NCBI GenBank assembly: GCA_016432645.1 | Contig: CP066698.1 | Span: forward strand, 197,062 to 261,061 | DNA from: Candidatus Falkowbacteria bacterium | GTDB taxonomy: Bacteria > Patescibacteriota > Patescibacteriia > Patescibacteriales > UBA12465 | Reading direction: 5' to 3' | DNA length: 64,000 bases | The notes under the pieces: generated by a model | Told to the model about the DNA's origin: nothing | Database searches by the model: none | Seen by the model: the letters and a program-made list of their open reading frames with translations, nothing else | Translations under genes and position numbers: made by a program | In this document: one piece after another, positions 38,232 to 47,800 of the stretch | Position numbering within the stretch: position 1 is the first letter of the stretch | How the letters are laid out: each line of letters opens with the position of its first letter

Positions 38232-39407
38232 CTAATATTTCCCTTTTGTTTTAGCTTTTAGCCCCGCTTTCCGGCCGCGATTGGCAAAGCGATGGGCTTC
38301 TTCACGGAGTTTTAGCAAAGTAGCTTTAATGTTTTCCGCCAGCTCGCGCTGCTCTTTTTTGGTTTTAGTTGAAAAAACCAGCTTGTCGCCGCCAAACTTA
38401 GAGATACCGACCATTTGCACGCTGATATTTAATTTAGCCAGTTCGCGCGTCAAAAAACTAATCTGCGGCGAACCGCCGTCTATCATAATTAAATCCGGCA
38501 AAGGCCATTCTAAATGCTTGAAACGCCTGGTTAAAACTTCCAACAAAGAACGTTCATCATCGCCTCCAGGGGCGTCTTTAATTTTAAATAAACGATATTG
38601 AGAAGTATTAGGCTCGCCATTTTCAAAAACCACCATCGAGCCATAGCTTTCCTTGCCGGCGTGATGCGAAATATCATAGCCCTCCAGGCGGCTAATTTTT
38701 CTTTCGTTTAAATCTTCGTCGCGAGTTAAAAGCGAGACGTCTTGTAAATGCTGAAGCGCTTTAGCTTGTTCAGGGTTCGCTTTTTTAAGTTTTACCAGCA
38801 ATCTTTTTTTCTCGCCCTTCAAAAGCAAAATAATATTATCAATATTCTTTTTATATTCCCGCGCGCTAATTTTTTCGGCACAAGCGCCGGGACAAAGCCC
38901 GATTTGGTAATCAAAACAAGCGCGGCCGCTATTTGGCTTGCAAGTCCCATACGGAAAAATGCGGCGAATTAAGCGCAAAGCGTTCTGTAATAAGTAATAT
39001 GATTGATAGGGGCCAAAGACTTGAGCCGTGCCGGCCGGAAACTTTTTCAGCTCGTGGCCACGAATAATGATTGGACGAGCAAATTCTTTCTTGGGGATAA
39101 CTACATAGATAAAGGAGCGGTCATCACGGTCAACAATATTATACTTGGGCCAGTATTTTTTAATATTGGTCGCTTCTAAAATTATGGCTTCTAGTAAGTT
39201 ATCGGTCGTTTCCCAACGCAAATCAGCGGCGGCGGCAACCATTTCGGCTATCCGGGAGCTAATTCCATTCTGAAAATACTGGCTTAAGCGCGCTTTGAGG
39301 CTGGTAGCGCGTCCAACATAGAGCACATTTCCCTTTTTATCACGCCAAAAATAGACCCCAGGCTGTTTGGGGGCGCTTTTAGCGACGGTGGATAAGTCTC
39401 TTGACAT
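38232..39407 (-). CDS. uvrC: UvrC-like excinuclease subunit, short form (391 aa): GIY-YIG plus central UvrC region, no C-terminal endonuclease/HhH half
   Basis: GVYFWRDKKGNVLYVGRATSLKARLSQYF (GIY-YIG), CFDYQIGLCPGAC, EGYDISH, DLIMIDGG, EEAHRFA. Start reassigned to the ATG at 39407; the upstream 54 codons look noncoding. Confidence 0.8.
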   Translation of the reverse strand: MSRDLSTVAKSAPKQPGVYFWRDKKGNVLYVGRATSLKARLSQYFQNGISSRIAEMVAAAADLRWETTDNLLEAIILEATNIKKYWPKYNIVDRDDRSFIYVVIPKKEFARPIIIRGHELKKFPAGTAQVFGPYQSYYLLQNALRLIRRIFPYGTCKPNSGRACFDYQIGLCPGACAEKISAREYKKNIDNIILLLKGEKKRLLVKLKKANPEQAKALQHLQDVSLLTRDEDLNERKISRLEGYDISHHAGKESYGSMVVFENGEPNTSQYRLFKIKDAPGGDDERSLLEVLTRRFKHLEWPLPDLIMIDGGSPQISFLTRELAKLNISVQMVGISKFGGDKLVFSTKTKKEQRELAENIKATLLKLREEAHRFANRGRKAGLKAKTKGKY

Positions 39408-39428
39408 AAAAATAAAAAGGATTAATAT
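39401..39428 (+). promoter_or_regulatory. promoter TTGACA-N16-TAATAT on the + strand, overlapping the uvrC start codon
   Basis: Exact -35 at 39401-39406; -10 at 39423-39428. Confidence 0.55.
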
Positions 39429-39434
39429 GCTTAA

Positions 39435-39705
39435 TATAGTTCGCCCATAAAATACATGGGCTTTGCAAATCCAACTGGGTAAAACCAGAAAAACGCTGCG
39501 ACGACTTCGTGGATGTAAACTCGGGCAAGGATTAGATTCCTTTGCAAGAACCGAAACGCTTCCAAGCAAATCAAGTCAAGTAGCACTGCACCCTAGCAAC
39601 AAACGTCTCGCTCACGAAAGTTGGGCATTAATGGTTATGAGGTTTCTTAAGAAATTCTTGTTCAAATAACCGACCCTAAGACCGCTGTTGCTAGGGTCTT
39701 TTTTT
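39435..39705 (+). ncRNA. candidate ~270-nt + strand RNA of unknown class, antisense to the uvrA-uvrC spacer
   Basis: Bounded by the promoter above and a strong terminator. GC is visibly higher than other spacers. Several hairpins (GCCCAT-N7-ATGGGC; GCAAGGA...TCCTTTGC). Confidence 0.45.
39672..39705 (+). terminator. intrinsic terminator GACCCTA-N13-TAGGGTC plus T7
   Basis: The T-run is strong only on the + strand (the minus side reads GGTTATTTG). Confidence 0.7.
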
Positions 39706-39720
39706 ATTTAAAAATAATTA

Positions 39721-42237
39721 TTACTTTTTTAAATAAGGCTTTAAATATTTTCCGGTCTCGCTTTCTGGTTCACGGACAATATCTTCCGGAGCACCGGCAG
39801 CTACCAAGCGTCCGCCTTTCTCGCCGCCATCCGGGCCCAAGTCAATAATATAATCCATTGACTTAAGCATATGCATATTATGCTCAATGACTAGAACAGA
39901 ATTCCCCTTTTCTACCAGCTTATTTAAAACTGTGAGGAGCATATCAATATCATAATAATGCAGACCGGTGGTTGGTTCGTCCAATAAATACAAAGTACGC
40001 TTACCTAAAGTATGGGTTAATTCTTTAGCAATTTTAATTCTTTGGGCCTCACCGCCGGATAAAGTGGTTGCGCTCTGGCCGATTTTAATATAACCCAAAC
40101 CAACTGACTGCAAAACTTTTAATTTCTCGGTGATATAGTAATTACCGTCAAAATGTTCCACTGCTTCATCAATTGTCATATCTAGTACCTGGGCAATATT
40201 TTTGTCTTTATATTTAACTTGCAGGGTTTCGCGATTAAATCTTTTGCCGCGGCAAACTTCGCATTCCACCAAGACTGGTGGCAAAAAGTGCATTTCAATT
40301 AAATTAGCGCCCGCCCCCTCACAAGCTTCACAACGCCCGCCCGGACGATTAAAGGAAAAACGCCCGATGCCATAGCCTCTTTCCCTGGCTTCTGGTAAGC
40401 TGGCAAAAAAATCACGAATCGGCGTAAAGATGCCGGTGTAGGTAGCGGGATTGGAACGCGGGGTGCGGCCAATCGGCGATTGATCAATGACAATAACTTT
40501 ATTAATATAATCTGTGCCTTTAATCTCTTTAACGTCTTCCATCTTGGCGCGGCCGCCAGGTCGAGCTTTAATATGGGAAACATTTTTATATAAAACATCA
40601 TATAAGAAAGACGACTTGCCGCTCCCGGAAACCCCACTGATGCCGACTAGGCGTCCCAAGGGAATTTCTACCGTAATATTTTTTAAATTATTGGCACTGG
40701 CGCCGATAATCTTCAAAGAGCCGTGATTTTGTTCGCGCCTTTTCTCTGGCAAATTAATTTCCCGATGACCGTTTAAATATTGCAAAGTTAAAGACTTTTT
40801 CGTGGCATCCTTATCTTTACCGGCTAAAAGAGCCTTAACCTCGCCCGCCGCCATCACTTCCCCGCCGTGGACACCAGCTAATGGCCCTAAATCAACCAAA
40901 TAATCGGCGGCTAAAATAGTTTTTTCATCATGTTCCACAATAATAATCGTATTATCCTTATCGCGTAATTTTTTTAAAGTATCGATTAGCTTTTCGGTGT
41001 CGCGTTCGTGCAAGCCGATGGTCGGTTCATCTAAAACATACAAAGTCCGCGATAAATGTGAACTAATCTGGGAAGATAAACGGATACGCTGGGCTTCGCC
41101 ACCTGATAAAGTATGGGCTTCGCGCTCTAAGCTTAAATAATCAAGCCCGACTTTAAGTAAGAATTCCAAGCGGCTGATGATTTGAATAACGACATTTTCG
41201 GCAATGGCAAGCTCCCTTTTCGTCATCTTGTCGTAATAACTATTAAAAAACTTTAGAGTCTTATCCAATGATAGTTTGGCGACCTCGGCAATATTTTTAT
41301 TAGCAACTTTAACCGACAAGCCTTCCGGTTTTAGGCGCGCGCCAAGACAAGCTTCACATTTTTCCTCGCTAAAAAAATTCTTCTTCCCTAAACCCGCACA
41401 TTCCGGACAGGCGCCGGCCGGCGAATTAAAAGAAAATAAACGCGGTTCAACTTCGGGAAAGGAAAAATTATCATTCGGACAAGTCCAATTGGATGACAGC
41501 AGAAATTCTTGTTTTTCATATTTAGCAACCACTAGACCCTTGCTATATTCCATGGCATTTTCTACGGCTTCAAATAAGCGTGACTGATCATCCAACATTA
41601 CTTTATCAATCACGATATCAATATCATGATTTTGTTTGGAAGCCAGTTTTATCTTTTCCCGCAAAGAATGAATTTTCCCGTCCACGCGCGCTTCCGCATA
41701 GCCTAAGCCCAGATAATTATACAAAAGCTGATAATATTCGCCTTTACGATTACGAATTACCGGCGACATAATGGCCACATACTTCTCGCCCGCATCTTGG
41801 CCGCGATTAATAATAATGTCCACCATTTCTTCGGTCGTCAGCTTTTCAATTTTATGGCCGCACAGCGGGCAAAAAACATCGCCCACCCGAGCGTACAAAA
41901 CTCGCAAATAATCATAAATATCAGTTAAAGTCCCAACTGTAGAGCGTGGGTTATGAGACAGGGCTTTTTGGTCAATGGCAATTGCCGGTGCTAAACCGAT
42001 AATTTCATCAACATCGGCCGGTTTTTTCTGGCCCAAAAATTGGCGCATATAGGGCGAGAGAGATTCGACATATTGACGTTGCCCTTCAGCAAAAATAGTA
42101 TCAAAAGCCAGCGACGATTTGCCGCTTCCCGAGACTCCAGAAATAACCGTTAATTTATTATGCGGTATTTCCAAATTAATATTTTTTAAATTGTGCATCC
42201 GCGCCCCGCGGATAATCATTTTTCCTTTATCTGGCAT
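39721..42237 (-). CDS. uvrA: excinuclease ABC subunit A
   Basis: Two ABC ATPase modules (GVSGSGKSS twice; LSGGEAQR twice) and zinc-finger Cys clusters. 838 aa. Confidence 0.95.
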   Translation of the reverse strand: MPDKGKMIIRGARMHNLKNINLEIPHNKLTVISGVSGSGKSSLAFDTIFAEGQRQYVESLSPYMRQFLGQKKPADVDEIIGLAPAIAIDQKALSHNPRSTVGTLTDIYDYLRVLYARVGDVFCPLCGHKIEKLTTEEMVDIIINRGQDAGEKYVAIMSPVIRNRKGEYYQLLYNYLGLGYAEARVDGKIHSLREKIKLASKQNHDIDIVIDKVMLDDQSRLFEAVENAMEYSKGLVVAKYEKQEFLLSSNWTCPNDNFSFPEVEPRLFSFNSPAGACPECAGLGKKNFFSEEKCEACLGARLKPEGLSVKVANKNIAEVAKLSLDKTLKFFNSYYDKMTKRELAIAENVVIQIISRLEFLLKVGLDYLSLEREAHTLSGGEAQRIRLSSQISSHLSRTLYVLDEPTIGLHERDTEKLIDTLKKLRDKDNTIIIVEHDEKTILAADYLVDLGPLAGVHGGEVMAAGEVKALLAGKDKDATKKSLTLQYLNGHREINLPEKRREQNHGSLKIIGASANNLKNITVEIPLGRLVGISGVSGSGKSSFLYDVLYKNVSHIKARPGGRAKMEDVKEIKGTDYINKVIVIDQSPIGRTPRSNPATYTGIFTPIRDFFASLPEARERGYGIGRFSFNRPGGRCEACEGAGANLIEMHFLPPVLVECEVCRGKRFNRETLQVKYKDKNIAQVLDMTIDEAVEHFDGNYYITEKLKVLQSVGLGYIKIGQSATTLSGGEAQRIKIAKELTHTLGKRTLYLLDEPTTGLHYYDIDMLLTVLNKLVEKGNSVLVIEHNMHMLKSMDYIIDLGPDGGEKGGRLVAAGAPEDIVREPESETGKYLKPYLKK

Positions 42238-42253
42238 ATATCAACAAATCAAT

Positions 42254-42844
42254 TTATTTTAATTCCCAATTTATAAATGGGTTCGGCCCGGCAAAAGTAA
42301 TTAAAGGTGTGTTATGGTTAATAATATCGTTAGGAACGCCATATTTCTTATTATATAAAGTATCGGCAGCACAAAACAGCGCCTCGGAATAATCAAAACC
42401 CAATTTAGCGCTTACACTCTTAACTACCACCTCTGATTGCCCTTCAACTTCAACATAAGGCTCTAAATATGGCCACTCATCAATTGTTACCTCCGTACCG
42501 TCAAGCGTCCAGAGTTCCCGGCGGCTTTCTTGAAAGGCTTTCTGCCGTGCTCCGGTAGCCTCTAAAAGCGCAATTCCCTCTTCAAAACTATCTATTTTTA
42601 ATTGAATTTCTTTTTGATTTTCTATTTTATCGCCATCTACAATTTTTAGACTCATCGTTATTTTATCCCCCTCATCGCGGACTCTGAGCCAGGCGCCGGG
42701 AATCTCGTGACCGACCGGTAATTCAAAAACGACTCGTTTCATCAAAAATTCCGGCTTAACAAGCTGAGCACCGGCCGCTTTTAGACGCGCGCGCATCTCT
42801 TCCTTATTTATATTTATAAATGTAGCTTCGTATTCAATGTTCAT
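42254..42844 (-). CDS. CYTH-domain protein (CyaB-type class IV adenylate cyclase / triphosphate tunnel metalloenzyme family)
   Basis: N-terminal EYEATF (ExExK-like, with K replaced by T), alternating charged beta-strand pattern, ~190-aa length. Confidence 0.6.
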   Translation of the reverse strand: MNIEYEATFININKEEMRARLKAAGAQLVKPEFLMKRVVFELPVGHEIPGAWLRVRDEGDKITMSLKIVDGDKIENQKEIQLKIDSFEEGIALLEATGARQKAFQESRRELWTLDGTEVTIDEWPYLEPYVEVEGQSEVVVKSVSAKLGFDYSEALFCAADTLYNKKYGVPNDIINHNTPLITFAGPNPFINWELK

Positions 42845-42848
42845 ATTT

Positions 42849-44684
42849 TTATTCCGTCTCTATATCCAAAAAGCCTTCAATCTTTTTGGAAATATTAGCC
42901 GGAGTAATATTGTGTTCTTGATTATACTTTAATTGCTTTTTACGCCGTCTTTCGGCCTCATTTATCGCCCGCTTCATAGAATCAGTTTTCTTATCGGCGT
43001 AAAGAATAATCTTACCCTTAACGTTTCGAGCGGCGCGGCCCATAGTTTGCATTAAACTGGTCTGGCTTCTTAAAAACCCTTCCCTATCGGCGTCTAAAAT
43101 CGCCACTAGAGTTACTTCAGGCAAATCTAAGCCTTCTCTTAATAAGTTAACGCCGATTAAAACATCAAACAAGCCTTCGCGAAAATTCTTTAAGATTTCC
43201 GTACGTTCAAAAGTTTTAATGCCACTATGAAGATAATTGGATTTAAAACCTTGTCCGTTTAAGTAGGTGTTCAAATCTTCGGCTTGCTTTTTAGTTAAGG
43301 TATTGATAATCGCGCGTTCGCCTAAACGAGCGATTTCCCGAATCTCCTCCATCACATCATTTATCTGGCTATAGTTTGTTTCCTTGTTAAATACCGGTCG
43401 AATTTCAATTTCCGGGTCAATTAAACCAGTCGGTCTAATTACTTGCTCCACAATTTGCTCAGATTTTTTCAGTTCAAAATCGCCCGGCGTGGCGGTCGTA
43501 AAAATAGTCTGGCCGATGCGCGCCTCAAACTCATTAAACTTCAAGGGGCGATTATCTAAAGCGGATGGCAAGCGCCAACCATATTGAGTTAAGGTTTTTT
43601 TGCGTGCTTGGTCGCCGTTATACATGCCTCTTATTTGCGGAATGGCAATATGAGACTCGTCAACGACTAATAAAAAGTCAGGCTTTCCGTCTTTCCAAGG
43701 GAAATAAGCTAATAGAGAATCTGGGGCTTCGCCGGTTAATTTTCCAGTTAAATGCCGTGAATAATTTTCAATACCGTGACAATAACCTAAAGAATGCAGC
43801 ATCTCAATATCATATTTAGTCCGCCGTTCCAAACGCTCAGCTTCCAAAAGCAAACCTTCTTTTTTAAAATAAGCCAAACGGTCTTTTAATTCCGCTTGAA
43901 TATTTTTTATTGCGCCTTCAATTTGCGGTCCGGTAGAAACAAAGTGCTTGGGCGGAAAAATTACAATTTCTTCAAGATTTTCTAAAATATTCTTAGTTGT
44001 ATTATCAATTATTGTTAATTCAGAAATAATTTGGTCTTTCAATTCTAAACGATAAACGATATTTTCGGACTTCGGCCGAATTTCAAAGACATTGCCCCGG
44101 ACCCGGAATTGGCCGCGCTCCACGTTGCCGCTTACCCGCTCAAACTGGATTTTAATTAATTGCTTAATTAAATCAGTTCTAACCATCGGCTTCCCTTTTT
44201 CTAAAACTAAACTCGCCTCTAAATAAGAGGACGGGACGCCCAGGTTATAAATACAAGAAACGGAAGCAACAATAATCACATCGCGGCGAGAAACCAAGGC
44301 GGAAGTCGCCCCGTGGCGCAAACGATCTATTTCCTGATTAATCATCGCCTCCTTATCAATATAAGTATCAGTTATCGGCAAATAGGCTTCCGGCTGATAA
44401 TAATCATAGTAGGAAACGAAATAATGAACGGCGTTATCGGGAAAAAAATTCTTATATTCTCTATATAATTGAGCGGCGAGAGCCTTATTGGGAGCAATTA
44501 CGAGAACCGGCTTATTTTCTCCGGCAATAACATTAGCAATCGTGAAAGTTTTGCCGCTGCCGGTCACGCCTAAAAGCGTCTGGTAACGATTACCGGACGC
44601 TAAACCTTTACTAAGCTTTTTTATCGCCTCCGGCTGGTCGCCGGCGGGCAAAAAATCAGACTTTAATTTGAACATTTTTTCCAT
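42849..44684 (-). CDS. uvrB: excinuclease ABC subunit B (no C-terminal UVR coiled-coil visible)
   Basis: GVTGSGKTF Walker A, DESH box (VVDESHI), helicase motif VI (QTMGRAARN). 611 aa. Confidence 0.95.
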   Translation of the reverse strand: MEKMFKLKSDFLPAGDQPEAIKKLSKGLASGNRYQTLLGVTGSGKTFTIANVIAGENKPVLVIAPNKALAAQLYREYKNFFPDNAVHYFVSYYDYYQPEAYLPITDTYIDKEAMINQEIDRLRHGATSALVSRRDVIIVASVSCIYNLGVPSSYLEASLVLEKGKPMVRTDLIKQLIKIQFERVSGNVERGQFRVRGNVFEIRPKSENIVYRLELKDQIISELTIIDNTTKNILENLEEIVIFPPKHFVSTGPQIEGAIKNIQAELKDRLAYFKKEGLLLEAERLERRTKYDIEMLHSLGYCHGIENYSRHLTGKLTGEAPDSLLAYFPWKDGKPDFLLVVDESHIAIPQIRGMYNGDQARKKTLTQYGWRLPSALDNRPLKFNEFEARIGQTIFTTATPGDFELKKSEQIVEQVIRPTGLIDPEIEIRPVFNKETNYSQINDVMEEIREIARLGERAIINTLTKKQAEDLNTYLNGQGFKSNYLHSGIKTFERTEILKNFREGLFDVLIGVNLLREGLDLPEVTLVAILDADREGFLRSQTSLMQTMGRAARNVKGKIILYADKKTDSMKRAINEAERRRKKQLKYNQEHNITPANISKKIEGFLDIETE

Positions 44685-44843
44685 AACAAAACCTTAAAAA
44701 TGGTTCTAAAATTAATTAAAACTATATCATAGAAAGTTAAAAAATAAAAGATTAAAAGCTCAAGCTCCTTAAACAGCTAAAAATCCTTGTCGCCAAGGCT
44801 AATTTAATGCTAAAATATTAATAACAAAGTCTAGACAACCAAC

Positions 44844-47800
44844 ATGAAAAACAATTTTTTAAAAAAACTTAAGCAAGGCCAATTAAAATTTTTAATTTTG
44901 GCGGGCTTATTTTTTAGTTTTCTTTTATTAACCACTGCGCCAAACTCACAAGCACAAACTACAGAAACACCGGACAGCAAAGACGCGATTGCCGTGCGTA
45001 TTGTGGAAAATCCTAATCATTACAGCAGCGCCCGCTGGTATCAACTGCAAAATTTCCAGGGCTCGCCGCAAACTCTCCAAGTTGATGGCTACGAAGCAAT
45101 TAGAAACGGCCGCACGGTTTATGTGAACGCCGCTAACGTCGTCGATTCCAATAACGACGGCACGCCGGACGCTTTCTACACTAACATCTTCATTATTTCT
45201 TATACCGAAAGCCAAAGAGCTGATACGCCGGATATTTTTGGGCAACTGTTAAAAAACTTTAAATTTAATACTAATTTTTTTGAACTCGGCGCCTGCAGCC
45301 AGACAAGCGATAAATCTTGCTTAACCAATAAAGACTGTCCAGCGGATGAATATTGCAATAGCCAAAAATCAAAAGTAGTAAGAGACGTTAAGCGTTTAGC
45401 GGACTTAACAGAAATGCAGACCGCGCTAAATGCCTATAAACAAAAAACCGGCGTCTATCCGAGCCAAATTGCCGGTACCTATTTGGCCGGAAAAACCTTA
45501 TCAACTTGGTCCAGCTGGCAAGAAAGTTTTGCTAAAGATTTAGGAATAGTTCTGCCGGTTGATCCGATTAATAAACTAGGAACTTGTGACGGTTATGACC
45601 CCAATACCTGTTGGGATGCCAGCAATAAAACTTTTGCCACTAATATTTCCCAGGCCATTTTACCTTCCGGCAGCCATGTTTATGCTTATCTAGGCGACAG
45701 CCGCGGCGCCAATGCTAAATATTGCGCCCAAATGGAAAGCGGCTATGCTAATTTGCAAAGCTATAATTGTTTTACCGATAAACGAGAAAATAGCCAGCCA
45801 ATTATTAAAGATACCGCCCTTTTTGGCTGGCCGAAAAAAGAATTTAATGGCTATGTGAGCGTCTTTGATGCCGATGGCGACCCGCTTAAATTAAGTATCG
45901 CCCTGTCTTCTCCGGCACCCAATGTCTGGATTCAGGAAAAATGGGGCGGTTTTGCCTCTTCCACAATTACTGCTCTCCCGAGTAAGGGCCAAATGAAAAT
46001 CTATGTCCCGATAACTGGTAACGCTAAAGCTCCGGGCTATTACAAGGTTCGTTTGACTCTGGACGATCAGCAAGGAGCAGCTAACAGCATCTTTTCCCAA
46101 ATCTATGATTTAACTGTCCAACCCTTAACCAGCAGTTTAAGCAAAACTAGTAAAACCGTGACTATCGGCCAAACAGATATGGCCAGTATCAGCGGCACCG
46201 ACTCTAACGGCGATCCAATTCAAAATGTTTATTTTGAAAGCGCAACCTATAACAGCAGTCCGATAAGTCAAACGGTATTCACTAACAGCGGCTTTTCGAT
46301 TGCCGGAGCAACTTTGCAAGAAAGTTTTAGATCCGCTCAGAAAACCGGCGTTTATGTAGTAAATGTTTCCGCCAATGACAGCGTAGCGGCCGGCGGTAAA
46401 ATATTTTCTAATTTTACTTATACTATCGTTAACAAGCCGCCAGTATTTAAAAGCTTAGTAGCTACTTTTATTAACAATACCACCAAGACTTGCGCCCCCG
46501 GAGAAACCTGTTATGTCTCAATTGATAATGGCGAAGCGGCCACTGTCAGAATTACCGGCGAAGACCCGGATGGGCACGCTCTAAGCTACTCCTTAGTTGA
46601 TAACTTCGGCGGCAAATTAAGCATCAACTCCACGAGCGGCGTAATTAGCGGTTTGCAAAATTTAGGCTATCAAGAATTACAGGACCAAGTTTTTAATATT
46701 GAAGTTAAAATTTCCGATGCTTATTGCGCTAATTCCAGCCCGGCAGAATGTTCTTCAAATTATTCTTTCAGCCTGAAAGTAATGAAATATTGTTCTGTGA
46801 ATTTACCAGGCTCTACTCTTTACAAAGAGCTGCAACAAACAGTAACCGTTGCCAATTCTGGCGATAATTTAAATACCGGCCTCTTTTTAAGCGATTGCTC
46901 AGAAATCGGAACTAGTTCTATGGATGTTAAATTTGTCGGAGAAGCTCATAGCCAAGCTATAATTTTAGTCAGTGATTTATCAAAAAGCATGGACGCCAAT
47001 ATTACTATTGCCGGCGTCTCGCAACCGGCGGTTACTCGCTTAAAAAGCGCCCTCACAAAAACAACGACCGGCTTCTTAGATAGTGTTTATGGAATTGCTT
47101 CCACTTGGCCAAGCCAATATTTTATTAAAGTCGGCTTAATCGCTTACAACACTGGAGTTGTCAGCAGCCAGCCTTTAACCAATCTCGTTACTTCCGGCAA
47201 CTTAAGCAGTCTGAAAAATATAATTAATAATTATACTACCTACTATCAAACCGACACCTTATCCGCCTTAAACGCGGCCGAAACGGCTTTAGCCGGGGTT
47301 ACTGATCCAAACACGGAAAAAATTGTTATTTTAATGAGCGATGGTATTCCGGGAATTGACGGCTACACGATTAAAAATCCTTACTGCTATGAACCTTCGG
47401 AACCTACTTGTTATTGCGGCGGTACGGCGCCTGACAACTGCAACCCTTGGCCAAGTTGTGATTATACCAAGGAATACGTCTCTTATTCTCAGGATTCCTG
47501 CAGTTGCGTTTGTGCTTGCGGCGGCACTTCACCAAATTGCACCGCAAGAGCGACCTGCCCGGCCGGCCAAGAGCAAGGCGGATGTACGGCTGACGATTGT
47601 TACACCCCTACCCCGCCGCCTCATTCCAGCTTCAATCCCTTTCAAAAAATCAAACGTTTCTTCGCTAAATTGTTAAACATTAAGCCGGCACAGGCCATCA
47701 CCACCCAAAATGAATGTGCCTATAAGAGTTGTGAAGCCGCCTTCCCTGATTTCTCTTGTCCCAGCAACCAATATATGAGCTGCTCATATTATTGGACTTT

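Noticed and set aside
39408-39569. N-terminal 54-codon extension of uvrC in the ORF track (likewise rplJ 36583-36669 and lexA 49777-49830)
   Set aside because: The extensions precede canonical family N-termini (the GIY-YIG start, MPKNKIQ of L10, MTTLTKKQ of LexA). They run through promoter, leader or terminator sequence and translate to atypical peptides.
39463-39669. 68-aa TTG-initiated ORF in the uvrA-uvrC spacer as a protein-coding gene
   Set aside because: It has a non-ATG start, no visible ribosome-binding site and an R/L/S-rich composition unlike the K/E/I/N-rich proteome. It is kept only as an alternative in the corresponding finding.
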